A DNA stretch of 64,000 nt from Oscillospiraceae bacterium (lineage in GTDB: Bacteria > Bacillota > Clostridia > Oscillospirales > CAG-272). The DNA lies in NCBI GenBank assembly GCA_015065455.1, contig SVQI01000001.1, forward strand, positions 61,090-125,089, read 5' to 3'. Positions 62,647 through 64,000 of the stretch are shown in pieces. The position numbers were made by a program, and so were the translations under genes. A model generated the notes under the pieces. That model searched no databases. It was not told where the DNA came from and saw nothing but the letters and a program-made list of their open reading frames with translations. Positions within the stretch are counted from its first letter, which is position 1. Every line of letters begins with the position of its first letter.

Positions 62647-62745
62647 CGCGTGTTCGGGATCCTTCGCTGCGCCGCCGCGTTGTCATTCTCGAGCGTAGCG
62701 AAGAATCTCGCGGCGGCTTGCTCAAGGATGACAATCGAACACGCA
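62647..62745 (+). repeat. Module K copy (orientation a)
   Basis: Same layout. The C/C' pair is CCGCCGCG/CGCGGCGG, a compensated change relative to locus F. Confidence 0.85.
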
Positions 62746-62962
62746 ATTTAACGCGCTCCCGAACCCACACAAGAGGTGCACTTTTGAAAAAGTGCCCTCT
62801 TGACTCCCTCAAAACTTTTAATAAAAATTTTTATATTATTTTAATTGCGCTTTTGAAAAAAGCTCCTTTGGAATCCGCAAAAACTTTAAATAGAAAAATA
62901 TCTTTACATTTTTTTATTAGTATGTTATACTAAAATGAGAGATAATATATATAAAAAAAGGG

Positions 62963-63304
62963 GTGTTACGTGTGGAAAATAACGTTTGCGACAACAAGGA
63001 TATTGCTTTTATTTGCGACGAAATGAAAAGACTTTTTGACATCGAATTGCTCGTTGTTTTCGGCATTAAACGCAGAGAAAAAGACAATGCAGTTACCGAC
63101 CTCGATATTTGCGTCGTTTGCGAACACGATAACAAAAACGCGTGGATTAAAAAAGCTTACCTCGAAATTGACAGCGATATTCCTTTTGATATTTCTCTGT
63201 ACACACCGTCGGAGTGGAACAGCTTAATTGAAAAACCCGAGAGCTTCGCCTCCCGAATTTTGCGAAAGGGGTGTGTAGTTTATGGCAAGACGCAAAACCA
63301 GTGA
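62963..63304 (+). CDS. Minimal nucleotidyltransferase (MNT) domain protein, putative antitoxin partner
   Basis: Pol-beta NTase pattern LLVVFGIKRREKDNAVTDLDICVV. GTG start at 62963, or at 62972 with an AAGGGG RBS 9 nt upstream. Confidence 0.7.
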   Translation: MLRVENNVCDNKDIAFICDEMKRLFDIELLVVFGIKRREKDNAVTDLDICVVCEHDNKNAWIKKAYLEIDSDIPFDISLYTPSEWNSLIEKPESFASRILRKGCVVYGKTQNQ

Positions 63305-63692
63305 CAGCAAGGTTTACACCGATTGGTTGATTTACGCCGAAAACGACCTCCGCGCCGCCGCTCTTCTGCGAAGAAGTCCGCATACGCTTTTGCTTTCCGC
63401 TTTTCATTCACATCAGGCAATCGAGAAAACCATCAAGGCTTTTATGCTTTCAAATAAGGGATACGCGCCCGACGGGCACAATATAATATTTTTGTGCAAG
63501 ATGGCGTCAAGGATAAACGAAGGATTTTTTGACTGGATTGACGAGTGCGTCGCACTCAACAACTACTACGTTCAAACAAGATATCCGCCCGACTTTCCTC
63601 TCGAAATCGACAAGGCAACCGCAAAGAAGCTTTCGATTATGGCGCAGAATCTATATAAATTTACGCTCAACGAGCTTGCTAAATTTGAGTAA
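63282..63692 (+). CDS. HEPN domain protein, putative toxin partner of the MNT
   Basis: HEPN pattern A..DL..A..L.......A.F..HQAIEK.IKAF...G....GHN...L and the C-terminal YYVQTRYP. The gene overlaps the MNT gene by 23 nt. Confidence 0.7.
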   Translation: MARRKTSDSKVYTDWLIYAENDLRAAALLRRSPHTLLLSAFHSHQAIEKTIKAFMLSNKGYAPDGHNIIFLCKMASRINEGFFDWIDECVALNNYYVQTRYPPDFPLEIDKATAKKLSIMAQNLYKFTLNELAKFE

Positions 63693-63773
63693 TTTTTTAA
63701 TATAATTACATCGCGCAAAATATACTTTAACATATAAACTACATTACTTAAAAACATAAAGGAAATCAGAAAA

Positions 63774-64000
63774 ATGAAAATTGAACTTATGAAGGAACAC
63801 ATCGCGCAGGGAAATTTAAACGAAAAATTTGCCGAACTCTACGGCAAGGACCAAATCGAAATCCAGAAGGCAAGATATATCAAGGCGCTTGACGGATATA
63901 TCGCAGAATTCGGAAACAGCGATAACATTCAGATTTATTCTGTATCCGGAAGAAGTGAAATTTCCGGCAACCACACCGACCACAACAACGGTAAGGTTAT
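63774..64000 (+). CDS. 5' part of a galactokinase-family GHMP kinase (runs off the window)
   Basis: My translation from the ATG at 63774 is MKIELMKEHIAQGNLNEKFAELYGKDQIEIQKARYIKALDGYIAEFG...SGRSEISGNHTDHNNGKV. The G.E..G.HTD motif is the GalK N-terminal signature. This ORF is absent from the track because there is no stop in the window. Confidence 0.65.
   Translation, partial: MKIELMKEHIAQGNLNEKFAELYGKDQIEIQKARYIKALDGYIAEFGNSDNIQIYSVSGRSEISGNHTDHNNGKV

Larger units (their letters stand above)
62295..62893 (+). repeat. Mosaic intergenic repeat, locus H (R, N, R, K, H, H')
   Basis: Contains a complete N module (62384-62571), a K module (62647-62745) and two H modules. Confidence 0.9.

Overview
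This window looks like chromosomal DNA from a low-GC Firmicute, probably class Clostridia, judged from gene content: noc-soj-spo0J, rny-ymdB, tmcAL, gdpP-rplI-dnaB and tilS-hpt-ftsH. About 56 coding regions can be supported, mostly on the + strand. Almost all are core housekeeping genes: dgt-dnaG-sigA, rplS, lepB-rbgA-rnhB-yraN, thrC, tig-clpP-clpX, gdpP-rplI-dnaB, tilS-hpt-ftsH, mnmM-rlmH, mnmG-rsmG, noc-soj-spo0J with two parS sites, ymdB/rny, rex, ackA, tmcAL, fba and an acyl-ACP thioesterase. I recognised no rRNA, tRNA, CRISPR array, transposase, integrase, phage block or classical defence island. The only toxin-antitoxin-like pair is a nucleotidyltransferase (MNT)/HEPN pair at 62.96-63.69 kb. 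The unusual content is non-coding. Ten intergenic loci, about 4 kb or 6 percent of the window by hand count, are assembled from one set of roughly seven shuffled sequence modules. Several stems in these modules keep their base pairing through compensatory changes between copies, or through complete replacement of the stem sequence. Some stems pair with G-T only on the + strand. One 99-bp module has three interleaved inverted repeats and occurs as an exact reverse complement at two loci 2.4 kb apart. One module is a hairpin followed by CCCTAC, which resembles REP elements. The overall architecture resembles BIME/REP or BOX mosaic elements, but I do not recognise it as a named family, so it is my top candidate for something undescribed. 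Secondary items are a 4.4-kb glycosyltransferase/acyltransferase cassette bracketed by near-identical direct repeats, a signal peptidase with an acidic N-terminal extension of about 320 aa, a trigger factor with a Lys/Thr-rich tail, and a 1050-aa surface protein with duplicated end domains. Everything was done by eye from the sequence and the ORF track. No database search or folding program was run, and all family calls rest on remembered motifs.
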